Shown one piece after another: positions 10,368 through 22,118 of a DNA stretch of 64,000 nucleotides (its first letter is position 1; each line of letters opens with the position of its first letter). The position numbers and the translations under genes were made by a program. The DNA comes from Longimicrobiales bacterium (GTDB taxonomy: Bacteria; Gemmatimonadota; Gemmatimonadetes; Longimicrobiales; Gaopeijiaceae): positions 1,184,001 to 1,248,000 of the forward strand of contig CBDFIQ010000002.1 of assembly GCA_965248195.1 (NCBI GenBank), in the 5' to 3' direction. The notes beneath the pieces were generated by a model. It was not told the DNA's origin. It worked only from the letters and a program-made list of their open reading frames with translations, and did no database searches.

Positions 10368-11746
10368 TTCAGAAGTCCAGGAAGCGTGCATACGTCGAGA
10401 CGTATGGCTGCCAAATGAACATCAGCGATGGGGAGTTGATGGAGGGTGTTCTGGAGGCCCATGGATACGAGATTTCCGCTGACCCCGAGGAAGCAGACGT
10501 CATTTTGGTGAACACTTGTGCCATCCGGGAGCATGCGGAGAAACGGGTGCTCGGCAGGGTGAGCCAGCTCTGCGGGCTCAAGCGTGACCGTCCGGACCTG
10601 ATCATCGGCGTCACCGGATGCATGGCGCAGCGCATGGGCGAGAGACTCTTGGAGAAGGCTCCTCATGTGGATTTGGTCATGGGCCCCGACGGCTACCGGT
10701 CTCTGCCCGAACGGCTCGCGGCACTCGTGGAGGGTCGGAGGATTCGACCGTCGCGCTCGGCCAAGAGACGTGGACCCCAACTCGCGGTTCTCGACCTCCA
10801 CCTGGGTGAGAACTATGAGGGCCTAGACCAGCGCCGCTCGTCCCGAATCTCCGCCTGGGTACCGGTCCAGAGAGGGTGTGACCACCGCTGCACGTTCTGT
10901 ATCGTCCCGTACGTGAGGGGCCCTGAGAAAAACCGGAGTCCGAGGAAGGTGTTGCGCGAAATAGAGGAGATCGCCGATTCCGGTGTCACGGAGGTCACGC
11001 TTCTGGGGCAGACCGTAAACTCGTATGAGGCCGAAGGGCAGTCCTTTCCAGACCTCCTTCGGTCCGTGGCCCGGGTCCCAGGCATCCGGCGCGTTCGATT
11101 CACGTCACCGCATCCCAACGATGTGACGGCCGATCTCTTGGATGTCATGGCCGAGGAGCCCGCGGTGTGTGAGCAGCTCCATCTGCCACTTCAGGCAGGA
11201 AGTGATCGGACGCTCCGACGGATGCTTCGGCGGTACACGGTCGAAGCCTTTTTCGAGAAGGTGGAGTTGGCGCGCAGAATGATACCCGACATCGGGCTTT
11301 CCACCGATGTCATCGTGGCCTTTCCTGGGGAGACGCGAGACGAGTTCGAAGAAACTCTCGAGGTGATGCGCACCGTTCGCTTCGATGATGCCTACACCTA
11401 CCGGTTTTCACTCCGTGAGGGCACACCCGCCACACGCTTTCCGCCCGCGGATTTTGTTTCCGACGGGGAGGGCCAGGAGCGGCTCCAGCGACTCATCGAG
11501 GTCCATCGGGGAATTCAGGCCGAAATCAACCAGGCCGAAGTGGGACGCTCGGAAACGGTTCTCGTGGAGAAAGAAGCCCGTGATCCAGGTCAGATTCTTG
11601 GACGGACACGAAGGAACAAGGTGGTCGCGTTTGCGGGATCTCCGGAGCTCATCGGCACCTACCAGGGGGTCCGCCTCACACACACGACGGGAGCGACGTT
11701 CGTCGGGGAGCTTTCCGCTGCTCCGGCTCTGATGGGGCGCGCGTGA
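10364..11746 (+). CDS. miaB: tRNA i6A37 methylthiotransferase MiaB
   Basis: ETYGCQMN, NTCAIREHAE, GCDHRCTFCIVPYVRG, LLGQTVNSY, RFTSPHP, TRAM-like C-terminus. Confidence 0.95.
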   Translation: MIQKSRKRAYVETYGCQMNISDGELMEGVLEAHGYEISADPEEADVILVNTCAIREHAEKRVLGRVSQLCGLKRDRPDLIIGVTGCMAQRMGERLLEKAPHVDLVMGPDGYRSLPERLAALVEGRRIRPSRSAKRRGPQLAVLDLHLGENYEGLDQRRSSRISAWVPVQRGCDHRCTFCIVPYVRGPEKNRSPRKVLREIEEIADSGVTEVTLLGQTVNSYEAEGQSFPDLLRSVARVPGIRRVRFTSPHPNDVTADLLDVMAEEPAVCEQLHLPLQAGSDRTLRRMLRRYTVEAFFEKVELARRMIPDIGLSTDVIVAFPGETRDEFEETLEVMRTVRFDDAYTYRFSLREGTPATRFPPADFVSDGEGQERLQRLIEVHRGIQAEINQAEVGRSETVLVEKEARDPGQILGRTRRNKVVAFAGSPELIGTYQGVRLTHTTGATFVGELSAAPALMGRA

Positions 11747-12078
11747 CGCGGTTCATCGGACCGGTGGGAGTCGTCTCGGTCCTCGTGGTCTCGATCCTCT
11801 TTGCGGCGATGAATGGGTCTCAACGGGTCACGCTCAATCTGGGCGTGATCGTCCTCTATAGGGTGCCTGTGACGGTGGTGGGGTTCACAGGCCTATTTAT
11901 GGGAATGGTGGTCATTCTCGTCGCCGGCGTCCGTAGCGATCTCAAGGTCCGGGCGGTGCTTCGTCAGCGACTGGAGGACGAGGATCGCGAGGAACGGGCC
12001 CTAATCGATCGGACCCAGCAAGACCTTTTTTCGCCGCCTCCACAGGAGGATGAAGGCGGTGAGGAGGAGTTGCAATAG
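11743..12078 (+). CDS. LapA (DUF1049) family small membrane protein
   Basis: Two TM segments, FAAMN...VTLNL pattern, charged coiled tail. Confidence 0.65.
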   Translation: MTRFIGPVGVVSVLVVSILFAAMNGSQRVTLNLGVIVLYRVPVTVVGFTGLFMGMVVILVAGVRSDLKVRAVLRQRLEDEDREERALIDRTQQDLFSPPPQEDEGGEEELQ

Positions 12079-12096
12079 GCTGAACCTCGATTCCAT

Positions 12097-14493
12097 GTGG
12101 CGGGTACGGGCTCCACCGTGAGGCCGCGACTGCCACCGGTGGCTTTGGTCGCTCTCGCCCTCATCATAGGGAGCGCCTCATACGCGGTTTTGGACGTCTT
12201 CTTCCCGCCCGCGTTCTCCCTCGCGATTGTGTGCCTTCCCATTCTGCCATGGCTTCGCCCCGATTTCCTGTGGTCTCCCCGGACCGTAGCGGACACACAA
12301 GAGTTCGTCGAAGTACTCCCGCGTTTTGTAATAACAGTGCACACTGGAACGATGTCGGCGGCACTAGCCTTGGCCATGCTCGCCGGGGGCCTAACGACCT
12401 ACGGGCAACGTCGAGGCGTGGGCGGCGATTGCAGGCTCCGTTTAACGGATGGAGTGGAAGGGCCGGTCAGCGGTTGGTTCGAGGGCGGGACCGGAACAGG
12501 AGCGCGCCCTTTTCGGTTGGTCCACGGCCTGAACTGTGAGGGCTCCGTCCGGGCCTTCCAGAGGGGAAGTGAGGGCGGATATCCCCCCGGGACTCCAGTG
12601 AGTGCGGTGGGGATCTGGCGGCGGGCTGCGCACCCCATCGCGGCGGCCCCCGCCTCGGCCGGAACGCTTCTGCTCGCGGATGTGCAACTCGACGAGAATT
12701 TCACCGGTTTCGGGTTCGCGGGAGCCAGGGCGCGCCTCCGGGGACGGATCGAATCGCGGATGCGGGACCTTCTGCCCGAGACGTGGCCCTTGGCCAGCGC
12801 CCTGATCTTGGCTCGAAAGGAGGCATTGGACCCCGCGGTTCGGGAGGCGTTCGCCGTAGCCGGGATCGCTCATCTGCTCGCGATCTCGGGCTTCCATGTG
12901 GGCGTCGTGGCGCTCCTCGTGAGTGTCCTGATTCGGGGCGCAGGGGCAGGCCCGCGCCGAGCCCCGGCCTACGCCGCCTCCATCACCTGGCTTTACATCG
13001 GCCTGATCGGCTTTCCGGACGCTGCGACCCGGGCCGCGCTCATCCTCACATTCCTGGCCGCCGCGCGGCTGAGAGCTCGTCCCGCGGGGGCACTCGGCGC
13101 GATCGCATCCGCAGGGATCATTCTGTTTCTACTGGATCCGGCTGTGCTTTCACGCCCGGGATTTCAGATGTCGTTTGCCGGGGCGCTCGGGCTCGTGTTG
13201 CTTAGACCCCCGGTTCGGAGGTGGCTGGATGCACGCTCCCTCACCCTCGTACCGCCCGTGTTCAAGGATGCGGTGGCGGCGGGGGTGGGTGCCACCCTGG
13301 CAACGATGCCGTTCGTGGCCTTTCATTTCGGAAGGGTCTCGGTCGTGGGTGTACCGGTGACGCTCGTCGCCACGCCACTCGTGAGTGCTGCGATTCCCGG
13401 GCTGTTGTCCACGATTGGCATGTCGTGGATTTCCCCACCGCTCGCACATTTCCTTGCGGGAGGCACGGATGTTCTGCTCCGGTCATTGGAGTCCTTCGCA
13501 CGCCTGTGTGCTTCACCTCCCTGGGCGTCTTTTTGGGTGGGAGACGCCGCTCTGCTCGGAGCGCTCGTGGGCGGTCTCGGTGGCCTGATCGGATTGCGCT
13601 TCCTGGCTGTGGGGCTTCGAGGGTGGGCGCGCTGGATGACGCTCGCGGTCTGGGCCACGGTCGGAGCCGGAGTGGCGCCGCTCGCTGAACGGTGGGCCGG
13701 TGCGGGCACCGTGGAGATCGTTTTCCTCGACGTAGGCCAGGGCGACGCGCTGGCCATCCGTTCTCCCGGAGCCCGGTGGATCTTGGTGGACACGGGTCCG
13801 CGGGGACGAACGTACGATGCAGGTGCCCGCGTCGTTCTTCCCTACCTGCGCCGCCGGGGAGTCGCGCGGATCGAGGCTCTGGTGTTGACCCATCCGGACA
13901 TGGATCACATCGGTGGAGCCGAAGTGATCGTTCAAGGGCTCGACGTGGGATACGTGGTGGACCCTGCCCAGGCGACGGGAAGGGACGCCTACGTACGGGT
14001 CTTGGAGGCGGCCAGCCGGAACGCGGTCCCCTGGCTCGAGGCCCGAAGGGATGTCTCGATCACGTTGGACGGGGTCGAAGTTTCGGTTCTGCACCCTAAC
14101 GGCCCCACGACCCTGGCTTACGGCGGGACGGACTCCAACGCACAATCCGTTGTCCTTCTGGTCCGGTATGGAGAGTTCGAGGCGCTCTTGACCGGAGATG
14201 CACCGGTGGAGGTCGAGGAGGCGATTCTCGACGATCTTCCTTCGGATCTCGAGGTCCTGAAGATCGGTCACCACGGATCGAACACGTCGACCTCGCCATC
14301 GCTTCTCGCACGGACCTCTCCAGAGTTGGCCGTGATATCTGTCGGTGCGAGGAACCGCTACGGCCATCCCCATGCCGAAGTGGTGAATCGGATCATCGAG
14401 TCGGGCGCTCGTGTCCTGCGCACCGACCTGCGCGGCGACATCGTGATTCGGGCCCGGCGCAGCGGACTCCACGAGGTCCGAACCGAGTGGTGA
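12097..14493 (+). CDS. comEC: DNA internalization competence protein ComEC/Rec2
   Basis: HLLAISGFHVG competence motif, GFQMSF, MBL domain FLDVGQGDA, THPDMDHIGG, KIGHHGS, YGHP. Confidence 0.93.
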   Translation: MAGTGSTVRPRLPPVALVALALIIGSASYAVLDVFFPPAFSLAIVCLPILPWLRPDFLWSPRTVADTQEFVEVLPRFVITVHTGTMSAALALAMLAGGLTTYGQRRGVGGDCRLRLTDGVEGPVSGWFEGGTGTGARPFRLVHGLNCEGSVRAFQRGSEGGYPPGTPVSAVGIWRRAAHPIAAAPASAGTLLLADVQLDENFTGFGFAGARARLRGRIESRMRDLLPETWPLASALILARKEALDPAVREAFAVAGIAHLLAISGFHVGVVALLVSVLIRGAGAGPRRAPAYAASITWLYIGLIGFPDAATRAALILTFLAAARLRARPAGALGAIASAGIILFLLDPAVLSRPGFQMSFAGALGLVLLRPPVRRWLDARSLTLVPPVFKDAVAAGVGATLATMPFVAFHFGRVSVVGVPVTLVATPLVSAAIPGLLSTIGMSWISPPLAHFLAGGTDVLLRSLESFARLCASPPWASFWVGDAALLGALVGGLGGLIGLRFLAVGLRGWARWMTLAVWATVGAGVAPLAERWAGAGTVEIVFLDVGQGDALAIRSPGARWILVDTGPRGRTYDAGARVVLPYLRRRGVARIEALVLTHPDMDHIGGAEVIVQGLDVGYVVDPAQATGRDAYVRVLEAASRNAVPWLEARRDVSITLDGVEVSVLHPNGPTTLAYGGTDSNAQSVVLLVRYGEFEALLTGDAPVEVEEAILDDLPSDLEVLKIGHHGSNTSTSPSLLARTSPELAVISVGARNRYGHPHAEVVNRIIESGARVLRTDLRGDIVIRARRSGLHEVRTEW

Positions 14494-14579
14494 GGCCAGA
14501 CCTCTGTGGCCAGACGGGCCGGATCGCCATGGCCCGACGGACCCGAGGGAATAGTACGGTCCACCGAAATGGGGTGTCT

Positions 14580-14607
14580 TTGACCTCTGGATGGCCCCGG
14601 CTATAGT
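14580..14607 (+). promoter_or_regulatory. Putative sigma70 promoter of fbp
   Basis: TTGACC-N16-TATAGT about 50 bp upstream of the ATG at 14654. Confidence 0.55.
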
Positions 14608-14653
14608 TTTGCTAACTGTGCACAGCTCCCAAGAGCCCACGTCCCATGAGGCT

Positions 14654-15664
14654 ATGACGAACCGCGGTGTTGTAACGCTAGAGAGACATATCATCGAAGA
14701 GGAACGGAGCCGCCCGGAGGCGACCGGCGCCTTCAGCAATATTCTCAACTCGCTCACCCTCGCCGCAAAAATCATCTCTCGGGAGGTGAATAAGGCCGGC
14801 ATCGTTGATATGCTCGGAGGCACCGGAGACACGAACGTACAGGGAGAGCGTGTCCAGAAACTCGATCTCTATGCCGAGGACGTGATCTACCGGGCGTTGG
14901 ATCACACGGGCACTCTCTGTTGCATGGTCTCTGAGGAATCCGAGGACATCATTCACATACCGGATCGGTTTCCGAAGGGAAAGTATGTGCTGATCTTCGA
15001 TCCGTTGGACGGCTCTTCCAACATCGACGTCAACGTTTCGATCGGCACCATCTTCTCGCTTCACAGGAAGGTATCGGACGGCGTGGAGGGTACCGTCGAA
15101 GACTGCCTTCAGGCAGGGTGCAAGCAGGTCGCAGCGGGATACGTGCTCTATGGATCGTCGACCATGCTTGTGTATACGAGCGGCCGCGGGGTGCACGGGT
15201 TTACACTCGATCCGTCGATCGGTGAATTTCTGCTGAGCCACCCGAACCTTGTCATTCCCGACCCCCCGAGCCGGACGTACTCGATCAATGAAGCGTACTA
15301 CCCTCGCTGGTCCGCCGGGCAGCAGAGGCTGATGCAGCACTTGAAGGGGCTCGATGGTGAAGCGGCGGTCTCCTACAGCTCACGTTACATCGGCTCCTTG
15401 GTGGCGGATTTTCACCGCACCCTTCTCAAGGGTGGGATCTTCATGTACCCAGCGGACTCGAAGAGTCCGCATGGAAAGCTCCGACTTCTCTACGAGGCCG
15501 CGCCGATGGCAATGATCTGCGAGCAGGCCGGCGGGCGAGCATCCGACGGGCGAATCCCCATACTGAACCTCACCCCCGAGGCCATTCACCAAAGGACTCC
15601 ACTGTACATCGGGTCTGCCGAGATCGTTGAAATAGCCGAAGGGTTCCTGGCCGAGGACGCATAG
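14654..15664 (+). CDS. fbp: Fructose-1,6-bisphosphatase class 1
   Basis: NVQGERVQKLD, SEE, FDPLDGSSNIDVNVSIGTIF, RYIGSLVADFHR, GKLRLLYEA. Confidence 0.96.
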   Translation: MTNRGVVTLERHIIEEERSRPEATGAFSNILNSLTLAAKIISREVNKAGIVDMLGGTGDTNVQGERVQKLDLYAEDVIYRALDHTGTLCCMVSEESEDIIHIPDRFPKGKYVLIFDPLDGSSNIDVNVSIGTIFSLHRKVSDGVEGTVEDCLQAGCKQVAAGYVLYGSSTMLVYTSGRGVHGFTLDPSIGEFLLSHPNLVIPDPPSRTYSINEAYYPRWSAGQQRLMQHLKGLDGEAAVSYSSRYIGSLVADFHRTLLKGGIFMYPADSKSPHGKLRLLYEAAPMAMICEQAGGRASDGRIPILNLTPEAIHQRTPLYIGSAEIVEIAEGFLAEDA

Positions 15665-15723
15665 AAGGTGCCCCCGTCGTTGGAGCTCCTAGCCGTAGCT
15701 AAGGCTATGGCGTCGTGGCTCCG
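15662..15723. repeat. Partial copy of the structured repeat element (module B hairpin)
   Basis: CCGTCGTTGGAGCTCCTAGCCGTAGCTAAGGCTATGGCGTCGTGGCTCCG closely matches 38079-38128; preceded by TAGAAGG like the element terminus. Confidence 0.85.
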
Positions 15724-15730
15724 ACCCACG

Positions 15731-17197
15731 TCAGCACTTGATAGGATGGTTCCCGGGCAGGTAGCCCATGTCGAGGTCGACGAGGGGCGCAGCATAGTCG
15801 CCGGAGAAGCAAGCGTCGCAGAAGGGACCCTGGTCGGAGACGACTGAGAGCATTCCTTCGAGGGACAGGTATCCGAGGGAATCGACCCCGAGCTCCTGTC
15901 CGATCTCCTCTGGAGTAAGTCTGGACCCGATGAGTTCCTCATGGCTGGGCATGTCGATGCCGTAAAAGCAGGGGAATCGTACCGGTGGGCTGGCGATGCG
16001 GAAGTGGACTTCTTTCGCGCCGGCTTGCCGAATGAATTTTACCAGGCTCCGGCTCGTGGTTCCACGAACGAGTGAGTCATCCACCACGATGACACGCCGA
16101 CCCTCCAGGACTTCCCGCACCGGGTTGTACTTCATCCGGGCGGCGAAGTCTCGATCGGCCTGTGAAGGCTTGATGAAGGTTCGCCCTACGTAGTGGTTTC
16201 GGAGGAGACCCAACTCAAAGGGGATCCGACTCTGCTCGCTGTATCCGAGGGCCGCCGAGTTGGCGCTGTCCGGCACCGAAACGACGGCATCGGCCTCTAT
16301 CGGGTGCTCCTCGGCGAGTCGGCGTCCGAATCCACGCCGTGCGCCGTCCACAGAGATGTTCCAGAGGTGCGAGTCCGGCCGAGCGAAGTAGACGAGCTCG
16401 AAGATGCACGGGGCGGCCGACTCGGCTTTAGAGAGCTCGGGGAGGCTGTGGAGCGTTCCGCCCTCGATCCTGAGGACCTCCCCTCGTTTGATGTCCCGCA
16501 GATACTCCGCACCGAGGATGTCCAACGCACACGTCTCGCTTGCGACCACGTGCCCCTCTTCGAGTCTGCCCAGCACGAGAGGCCGGTACCCCCGCGGGTC
16601 GCACACGGCGTACATCACATCACCCACCGTAAGGGCGAGCGAGAATGCCCCCTCCAGCTGATTGAGAGCATCGGCCACCTGTCCGTCGACGGTCTGCTCG
16701 CGAGACCGGGCGATCAGGTGAACGATCACCTCCGAATCCGACGTGGTCTGGAAGATTGCTCCCTCCTTCACGAGCCGCGTCTTGAGGTCGTGGGCGTTCG
16801 TGAGGTTGCCGTTGTGGGCCACCGCCAGGTCGCCCTCGGCGTACCGTACCACGATCGGCTGTGCATTCAATGATTGGCTTCCACCGGCGGTCGAGTAGCG
16901 TACGTGTCCTACGGCCGTGCGTCCTGGAAGGCCTTTCAAGACGTCCGCGTTGAATACTTCGGCAACCAATCCGACGGCCTTGTGAAGCCGGGCTTCGCCG
17001 TCGCTGATTGCGCAGATGCCGGCGGATTCCTGGCCCCGATGCTGAAGGGAGTACAGTGCCAGGAACGCCAGTTCCGCGGCGCCATCGATGCCGCTGAAGC
17101 CGACGACACCGCACTCTTCGTGAGGCCGGTCATCGAGTTGGGACACAGCGACATCGACGGGGCCCGGGAGTGTTTGGGGGAAGGGTTTCGAGGTCAC
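15731..17197 (-). CDS. purF: Amidophosphoribosyltransferase
   Basis: EECGVVG propeptide/Cys, [33 protein letters not shown], Fe-S Cys CDACF. Confidence 0.97.
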   Translation of the reverse strand: MTSKPFPQTLPGPVDVAVSQLDDRPHEECGVVGFSGIDGAAELAFLALYSLQHRGQESAGICAISDGEARLHKAVGLVAEVFNADVLKGLPGRTAVGHVRYSTAGGSQSLNAQPIVVRYAEGDLAVAHNGNLTNAHDLKTRLVKEGAIFQTTSDSEVIVHLIARSREQTVDGQVADALNQLEGAFSLALTVGDVMYAVCDPRGYRPLVLGRLEEGHVVASETCALDILGAEYLRDIKRGEVLRIEGGTLHSLPELSKAESAAPCIFELVYFARPDSHLWNISVDGARRGFGRRLAEEHPIEADAVVSVPDSANSAALGYSEQSRIPFELGLLRNHYVGRTFIKPSQADRDFAARMKYNPVREVLEGRRVIVVDDSLVRGTTSRSLVKFIRQAGAKEVHFRIASPPVRFPCFYGIDMPSHEELIGSRLTPEEIGQELGVDSLGYLSLEGMLSVVSDQGPFCDACFSGDYAAPLVDLDMGYLPGNHPIKC

Positions 17198-19494
17198 GAG
17201 GGTTCGGCTCCATCCATCAGCGTGGGGATCGCGCCGAAGTACAACTCGGCGAGGATTTCGATATCGGCCTCCAGCGACGTCGCTCGCCCGTCGATCCGGA
17301 AACCCTCTTCTGAAGGGACCACCTGTCCCACCGCGCGGGAGTGCACGCCATGGCGTTTGGCGTGACGTAAGACCTCATCCGCGGAGCGTGGGTGGCACGA
17401 GACCACCACACGGCCTTGAGCCTCACCGAAAAGGAGGGGAAGGACCGGGAGCGCGTCGTGAAGCGTGACCTGCACACCAAACGGATTTTCTCCTGCTCCA
17501 AGTGCGCTTTCGGCCAGGGCGCATGCGAAACCTCCCTCCGACACATCGTGGGCGGAGTTGAGTAGCCCGTTTTGAATCATCGCCAACACGGCGTGTTGGA
17601 GTCCTCGTTCTCCTAGGAGATCGACCGAGGGCGGCTCCCCGGTCACGAGGCCCTCCATCACATAAAGATACTCTGAGGCCCCCAATTCGTCCGTGTTGTC
17701 GCCGAGCAGGATGATCGTATCGCCTACGTTCCGAAAGGCGTGACGAGTGATGTGATCCACGTCTTCCAGGACGCCGACCATGCCGATGACTGGCGTGGGG
17801 TAGATCGCCACCCCGTCCGTCTCGTTGTAGAACGACACGTTTCCGCCGGTGACCGGGGTCTCGAACAGCTTGCAGGCCTCGGCCATGCCCAGCACGGATT
17901 CCCGGAACTGGTAGTAGATGTGGGGCTTGAGGGGATTTCCGAAGTTCAGGTTGTTCGTCACCGCGGTCGGAAGTGCGCCAACACAGACGAGATTCCTCGC
18001 CGCCTCTGCCATGGCAGCCAGCGTTCCAGAGCGGGGGTTGAGATAGACGTAACGGCCGTTGCAGTCTGTGGTCGCGGCCACCGCCCGGCGCGTACCGCGA
18101 AGGCGCACGACGCCGGCGTCAGCCCCGGGACGTACTGCGGTGGCGGTTCGCACGGTGGTGTCGTATTGGCCATAGATCCAGCGCTTGGACGCGATGTTCG
18201 GCGATGCAATCAACTTCAGAAATGCCTCCGACTGATCGGCGTCCACCTCGTTGAAGCGCGTGAGATCTGCGCACCGAAGCTCCCGGATTTCTTCGGACTC
18301 GACACCCGCCGGCTCATACGTAGGGCAGCCCTCCGTCAGGGGCAGGGAGGGGATCTCCGCCACCACACGGTCCCCCTCGCGGACGCGGAACAGGCCGTCA
18401 TCGGTGACGCGTCCGATCTCTTCGGCCTCGAGCTCCCACTTCGCGAGGATATCGCGCACCGCGTTCTCCCTCCCAGACTTCGCGACGACGAGCATGCGCT
18501 CCTGGGATTCCGACAGGAGGATTTCATAGGGGGTCATCCCGGGTTCCCGGACGGGCACGAGCTCCATGTCGATCTCCACACCGTTGCCGGCCCGGCCCGC
18601 CATCTCGGACGCGCTCGACGTGATTCCGGCCGCTCCCATGTCCTGGATGCCCGTGATATGGCCGCTCTTGATGAGCTCGAGACTGGCCTCCAACAATAGC
18701 TTCTCCGTAAAGGGGTCCCCCACCTGAACCTGCGGCCGACTGGCCTGGGAATCGTCGCTGAGTTCCTCGGAGGCAAAGGTCGCTCCATGGATTCCGTCGC
18801 GCCCCGTACGGGCACCCACCGCCATGAGTGGGTTTCCGACCCCTTCCGCCTCACCCTTGATGAGATCCTCGGCTTTCATGAGTCCGAGGCACATCGCGTT
18901 CACGATGGGATTCCCCTCATAGCCACGGTCGAAGAAGACCTCCCCGCCGATGTTCGGGATGCCTACGCAGTTTCCGTAGTCACCGACCCCTTTCACTACG
19001 CCGGAGAAGAGGTATCGAACACGTCCGCTGTCGAGATCGCCGAAGCGAAGCGAGTCCAGGATGGCGATCGGCCTGGCACCCATCGTGAACACGTCACGGA
19101 GGATGCCGCCCACCCCGGTCGCCGCACCCTGGTACGGTTCTACCGCAGACGGGTGGTTGTGTGACTCGATCTTGAACGCTAAAGCCAGACCGTCTCCGAT
19201 ATCGATCACACCCGCGTTCTCGCCGGGGCCCTGGATCACCCAGGGCGCCGTGGTAGGCAAGAGGCCGAGGAGGCGCTTGGAGTGCTTGTAGCCGCAGTGC
19301 TCTGACCACATCGCGCTGAACACGCCGAGTTCCGTGAAGGTGGGCTCCCGCCCGAGGATCTCGAGTACACGGTCGTACTCCGACGGCGACAGGCCGTGCT
19401 GATCCACCAATTCCGGTGTGATGCGAGGGTCGCCTTCTCTTGGCGCCACGCTTGATTCGGTCAGGACTCCCGTATCGTCCGGTCTATCGGTCAC
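17194..19494 (-). CDS. purL: Phosphoribosylformylglycinamidine synthase subunit PurL (small type)
   Basis: [54 protein letters not shown]. Confidence 0.97.
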   Translation of the reverse strand: MTDRPDDTGVLTESSVAPREGDPRITPELVDQHGLSPSEYDRVLEILGREPTFTELGVFSAMWSEHCGYKHSKRLLGLLPTTAPWVIQGPGENAGVIDIGDGLALAFKIESHNHPSAVEPYQGAATGVGGILRDVFTMGARPIAILDSLRFGDLDSGRVRYLFSGVVKGVGDYGNCVGIPNIGGEVFFDRGYEGNPIVNAMCLGLMKAEDLIKGEAEGVGNPLMAVGARTGRDGIHGATFASEELSDDSQASRPQVQVGDPFTEKLLLEASLELIKSGHITGIQDMGAAGITSSASEMAGRAGNGVEIDMELVPVREPGMTPYEILLSESQERMLVVAKSGRENAVRDILAKWELEAEEIGRVTDDGLFRVREGDRVVAEIPSLPLTEGCPTYEPAGVESEEIRELRCADLTRFNEVDADQSEAFLKLIASPNIASKRWIYGQYDTTVRTATAVRPGADAGVVRLRGTRRAVAATTDCNGRYVYLNPRSGTLAAMAEAARNLVCVGALPTAVTNNLNFGNPLKPHIYYQFRESVLGMAEACKLFETPVTGGNVSFYNETDGVAIYPTPVIGMVGVLEDVDHITRHAFRNVGDTIILLGDNTDELGASEYLYVMEGLVTGEPPSVDLLGERGLQHAVLAMIQNGLLNSAHDVSEGGFACALAESALGAGENPFGVQVTLHDALPVLPLLFGEAQGRVVVSCHPRSADEVLRHAKRHGVHSRAVGQVVPSEEGFRIDGRATSLEADIEILAELYFGAIPTLMDGAEPS

Positions 19495-19514
19495 GATTCA
19501 ACGAATGCATCCAT

Positions 19515-19584
19515 GAAGGATGTTGAAGGGCTACTGTGGGCCGCCACCCGTGCAATCGCGCGGGTACCCAAGATGCCACCGGTC
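19515..19584. repeat. Partial copy of repeat element (terminal arm plus hairpin) between purQ and purL
   Basis: GAAGGATGTTGAAGGGCTACTGTGGGCCGCCACCCGTGCAATCGCGCGGGTACCC matches the reverse complement of the 51651-51737 copy. Confidence 0.85.
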
Positions 19585-19585
19585 A

Positions 19586-20287
19586 TCACACCGTTGGGAC
19601 AGGGGAAAAGTGCGACAGGAGTGCCGTAAAGAGCCCGAGTCCGTCCACGGACCCGAGGATGGGCTCCACCGCGCGCTCAGGGTGGGGCATCATGCCCATG
19701 ACGTTGCCCGACTCATTGAGGATGCCGGCGATGGATCGGGCCGAGCCGTTCGGGTTCGCACTGTCCAGCGGTTCCCCCTCGGCGTTGGTGTAACGGAAGA
19801 GGACTCGGCCCTCGCCCTCCAGACGGTCGAGCGTTTCTTCATCGGCGTGATAATTCCCCTCGGCATGGGCGATGGGCATCCGCAGGATCTGTCCGGCTTC
19901 GTACTCCCGCGTGAAGGTCGACGATGTGTTTTCGACCCGAAGCAGGACGTCCTGGCTCGCAAAGAGAAGAGAGCGGTTTCGTAGGAGAGCCCCCGGTAGC
20001 AACCCGGATTCACAGAGCGTCTGAAAGCCGTTGCAGATGCCCACGACCGGGCCGCCGGACCCCGCGAAATCCTTCACCGCCTCCATGATCGGGCTCATGG
20101 TGGCGATCGCGCCAGCTCGGAGGTAGTCCCCATAAGAGAAGCCACCTGGTAGCATGACCACGTCGACCTCACCCAGCTCGACGTCCCGGTGCCAGCGGAA
20201 CTCGGGTGCTCCCCCGACGAGCTGAATGCACTTGTAGAGGTCGTAGTCGCAGTTGGATCCGGGGAAGGTGACGATGGCGACCTTCAT
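19586..20287 (-). CDS. purQ: PurQ glutaminase subunit
   Basis: [38 protein letters not shown] coupling with purS. Confidence 0.97.
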   Translation of the reverse strand: MKVAIVTFPGSNCDYDLYKCIQLVGGAPEFRWHRDVELGEVDVVMLPGGFSYGDYLRAGAIATMSPIMEAVKDFAGSGGPVVGICNGFQTLCESGLLPGALLRNRSLLFASQDVLLRVENTSSTFTREYEAGQILRMPIAHAEGNYHADEETLDRLEGEGRVLFRYTNAEGEPLDSANPNGSARSIAGILNESGNVMGMMPHPERAVEPILGSVDGLGLFTALLSHFSPVPTV

Positions 20288-20559
20288 GCGGGCACCGTCT
20301 CCTCCGTGGCCTCTTGAACCTCGATCTCGAAGTCCTCCGTGACGGGGTTGGCCAGTAATCGACGGCACATCGCTTCCGCGCCCTCTCGGGCTTCCTCTTT
20401 GGAGGCGGCCTCCACGTCCAGGTAGAGGAGCTTGCCCACACGCACGTCATGGACTTGTTCGTAGTCCAAAGAGTGCAGGGCGTGTCGGATGGCCTTCCCT
20501 TCCGGGTCCAGCAGGCCTGGGCGCGGTATCACTCGGATCTCAAGGTGAAAACGACTCAC
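20284..20559 (-). CDS. purS: PurS subunit
   Basis: [23 protein letters not shown]. Confidence 0.95.
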   Translation of the reverse strand: MSRFHLEIRVIPRPGLLDPEGKAIRHALHSLDYEQVHDVRVGKLLYLDVEAASKEEAREGAEAMCRRLLANPVTEDFEIEVQEATEETVPA

Positions 20560-21440
20560 GTTCCGCTCTCCACATCGTCAGTATGAATGGGGGTTATGGG
20601 GCGGCGGACTCCCTCAGGCGCCAACTCCCCGTAATCGACGGGCCGCACCTCCGCGCCCTCGTCCTCGAAGCTGTCCTCCAGAGGATCGCGGTCCGGCAGC
20701 CGTTCCAGCAGGCCGTGAATCACCGACCTGGCCAGCCCCCAGGCGGTATAGGCGAGGAACATGGGAAAGAAGTAGTAGGCGGGGAACATGATGGCCACGA
20801 GGACGTTCGCGAAGAGCCAAAGCGAGAACAGAATGCCTTTGCCGGATCTGAAACTCAGCCTCGGGACAATCGCATAGGGAACGTTGCTCAGCATCAAGGC
20901 GCCCAGCAGGATCAGCAGGATGCCCATGACGCGAGGCCAAGGCAGCACGTCCAGAAGGTAAGTCTGAAAAAAAGTGGTTTGGCTGAACGGGTAAAACGTG
21001 GCCAGGATGATGCCGGGCGTCGGCGAGGGAAGCCCGTGGAAGTGCCGCTTGGCTTCTCCCTCCTGCTCCATGTTGAAGCGGGCCAGCCGGACCACCACGG
21101 CCATCACATATACCAGCGGGAGCACCCAGCTCCAGGTCCCGTCGGAGAAATACAGTGTGTACATGATGAAGGCGGGCGCGACCCCGAAGGAGATCGCGTC
21201 CACCAGTGAGTCCAACTCTTCACCGAATGCGGATCCCGTCCGAGTGAAACGGGCGACGCGGCCGTCCAGAAGATCCGTGACGGCAGCCCACACGATGAAC
21301 CACCCGGCCCACTCGAAATCTCCCCGGGTGGCGGCCACGATTGCATAGAACCCAAAGAACAGGTTCGACATCGTGAACGCGGAGGGCAGGATGATGATGC
21401 CCTTGCGAAGCCGCTTGACGGGCCGCATTCGATCGATCAC
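20556..21440 (-). CDS. pssA: CDP-diacylglycerol--serine O-phosphatidyltransferase
   Basis: DLLDGRVAR...FGEELDSLVDAISFGVAP CDP-alcohol motif, RLARFN, FHGLPSP. Confidence 0.92.
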   Translation of the reverse strand: MIDRMRPVKRLRKGIIILPSAFTMSNLFFGFYAIVAATRGDFEWAGWFIVWAAVTDLLDGRVARFTRTGSAFGEELDSLVDAISFGVAPAFIMYTLYFSDGTWSWVLPLVYVMAVVVRLARFNMEQEGEAKRHFHGLPSPTPGIILATFYPFSQTTFFQTYLLDVLPWPRVMGILLILLGALMLSNVPYAIVPRLSFRSGKGILFSLWLFANVLVAIMFPAYYFFPMFLAYTAWGLARSVIHGLLERLPDRDPLEDSFEDEGAEVRPVDYGELAPEGVRRPITPIHTDDVESGT

Positions 21441-22111
21441 GAGGGTTCCTCCCGGTCGTCGATCAGGCCCTCGATCCGCGCCAAAACGGTGGAGCCACCG
21501 GCCACCTTGTCTCCCACCGCGCAGTCGAGGGTCCAGTCGAGTGGAATGAACAGATCCACCCTCGAACCGAACCGAATGATGCCGATGCGATCCCCACGCT
21601 CGACGTGCTCGCCCTGCTCGGGGTACGTGACGATCCGGCGCGCGAGGAGTCCGGCGATCTGGCGGACGAGCACCCGGTCGCCCCGCGCCATGAAACCCAG
21701 GGAGGACCGTTCGTTTTTCTCGCTTGCTTTCGGATGCCAGGCCACGGCGTATTCACCGGGGCGATATTCGCGATACGCCACGTCCCCTGAAACCGGCGCC
21801 CGTTGCACGTGCACGTTGAAGACGCTCAGGAAGATCGTGATGCGCCGGCACGCTCCCTCGATGAAGGAGGGCTCTTCCACCTCCCGAATGTCGATGATCT
21901 TGCCGTCGCCGGGAGAAATCACCGCGCCTTCCCCGGGAGGGAGCTCACGCTCGGGGTCCCGGAAGAAGTAGAAGACGAAGGCGGCCAAGAGGGTCGGTAG
22001 AACCGCGAGTGCGATGGTCCAGGGCCCTGAAACGGGCACTGTGACCCAGGCCAGCGCGGCAAAAAGCACGGCCCCGAGCATGAACGGATATCCCTCTCGG
22101 GCGAAGCGCAT
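21437..22111 (-). CDS. psd: Phosphatidylserine decarboxylase proenzyme
   Basis: FFRDPER, SPGDG, IFLSVFNVHVQRAP, QIAGLLARRI, FGSRVD cleavage motif. Confidence 0.93.
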   Translation of the reverse strand: MRFAREGYPFMLGAVLFAALAWVTVPVSGPWTIALAVLPTLLAAFVFYFFRDPERELPPGEGAVISPGDGKIIDIREVEEPSFIEGACRRITIFLSVFNVHVQRAPVSGDVAYREYRPGEYAVAWHPKASEKNERSSLGFMARGDRVLVRQIAGLLARRIVTYPEQGEHVERGDRIGIIRFGSRVDLFIPLDWTLDCAVGDKVAGGSTVLARIEGLIDDREEPS

Positions 22112-22118
22112 TCGGCCC

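Noticed and set aside
9930..10391. Reverse-strand ORFs with (HV)n and (PR)n tracts
   Set aside because: Antisense shadows of the GTGGAC repeat inside mtaB; no independent evidence of coding
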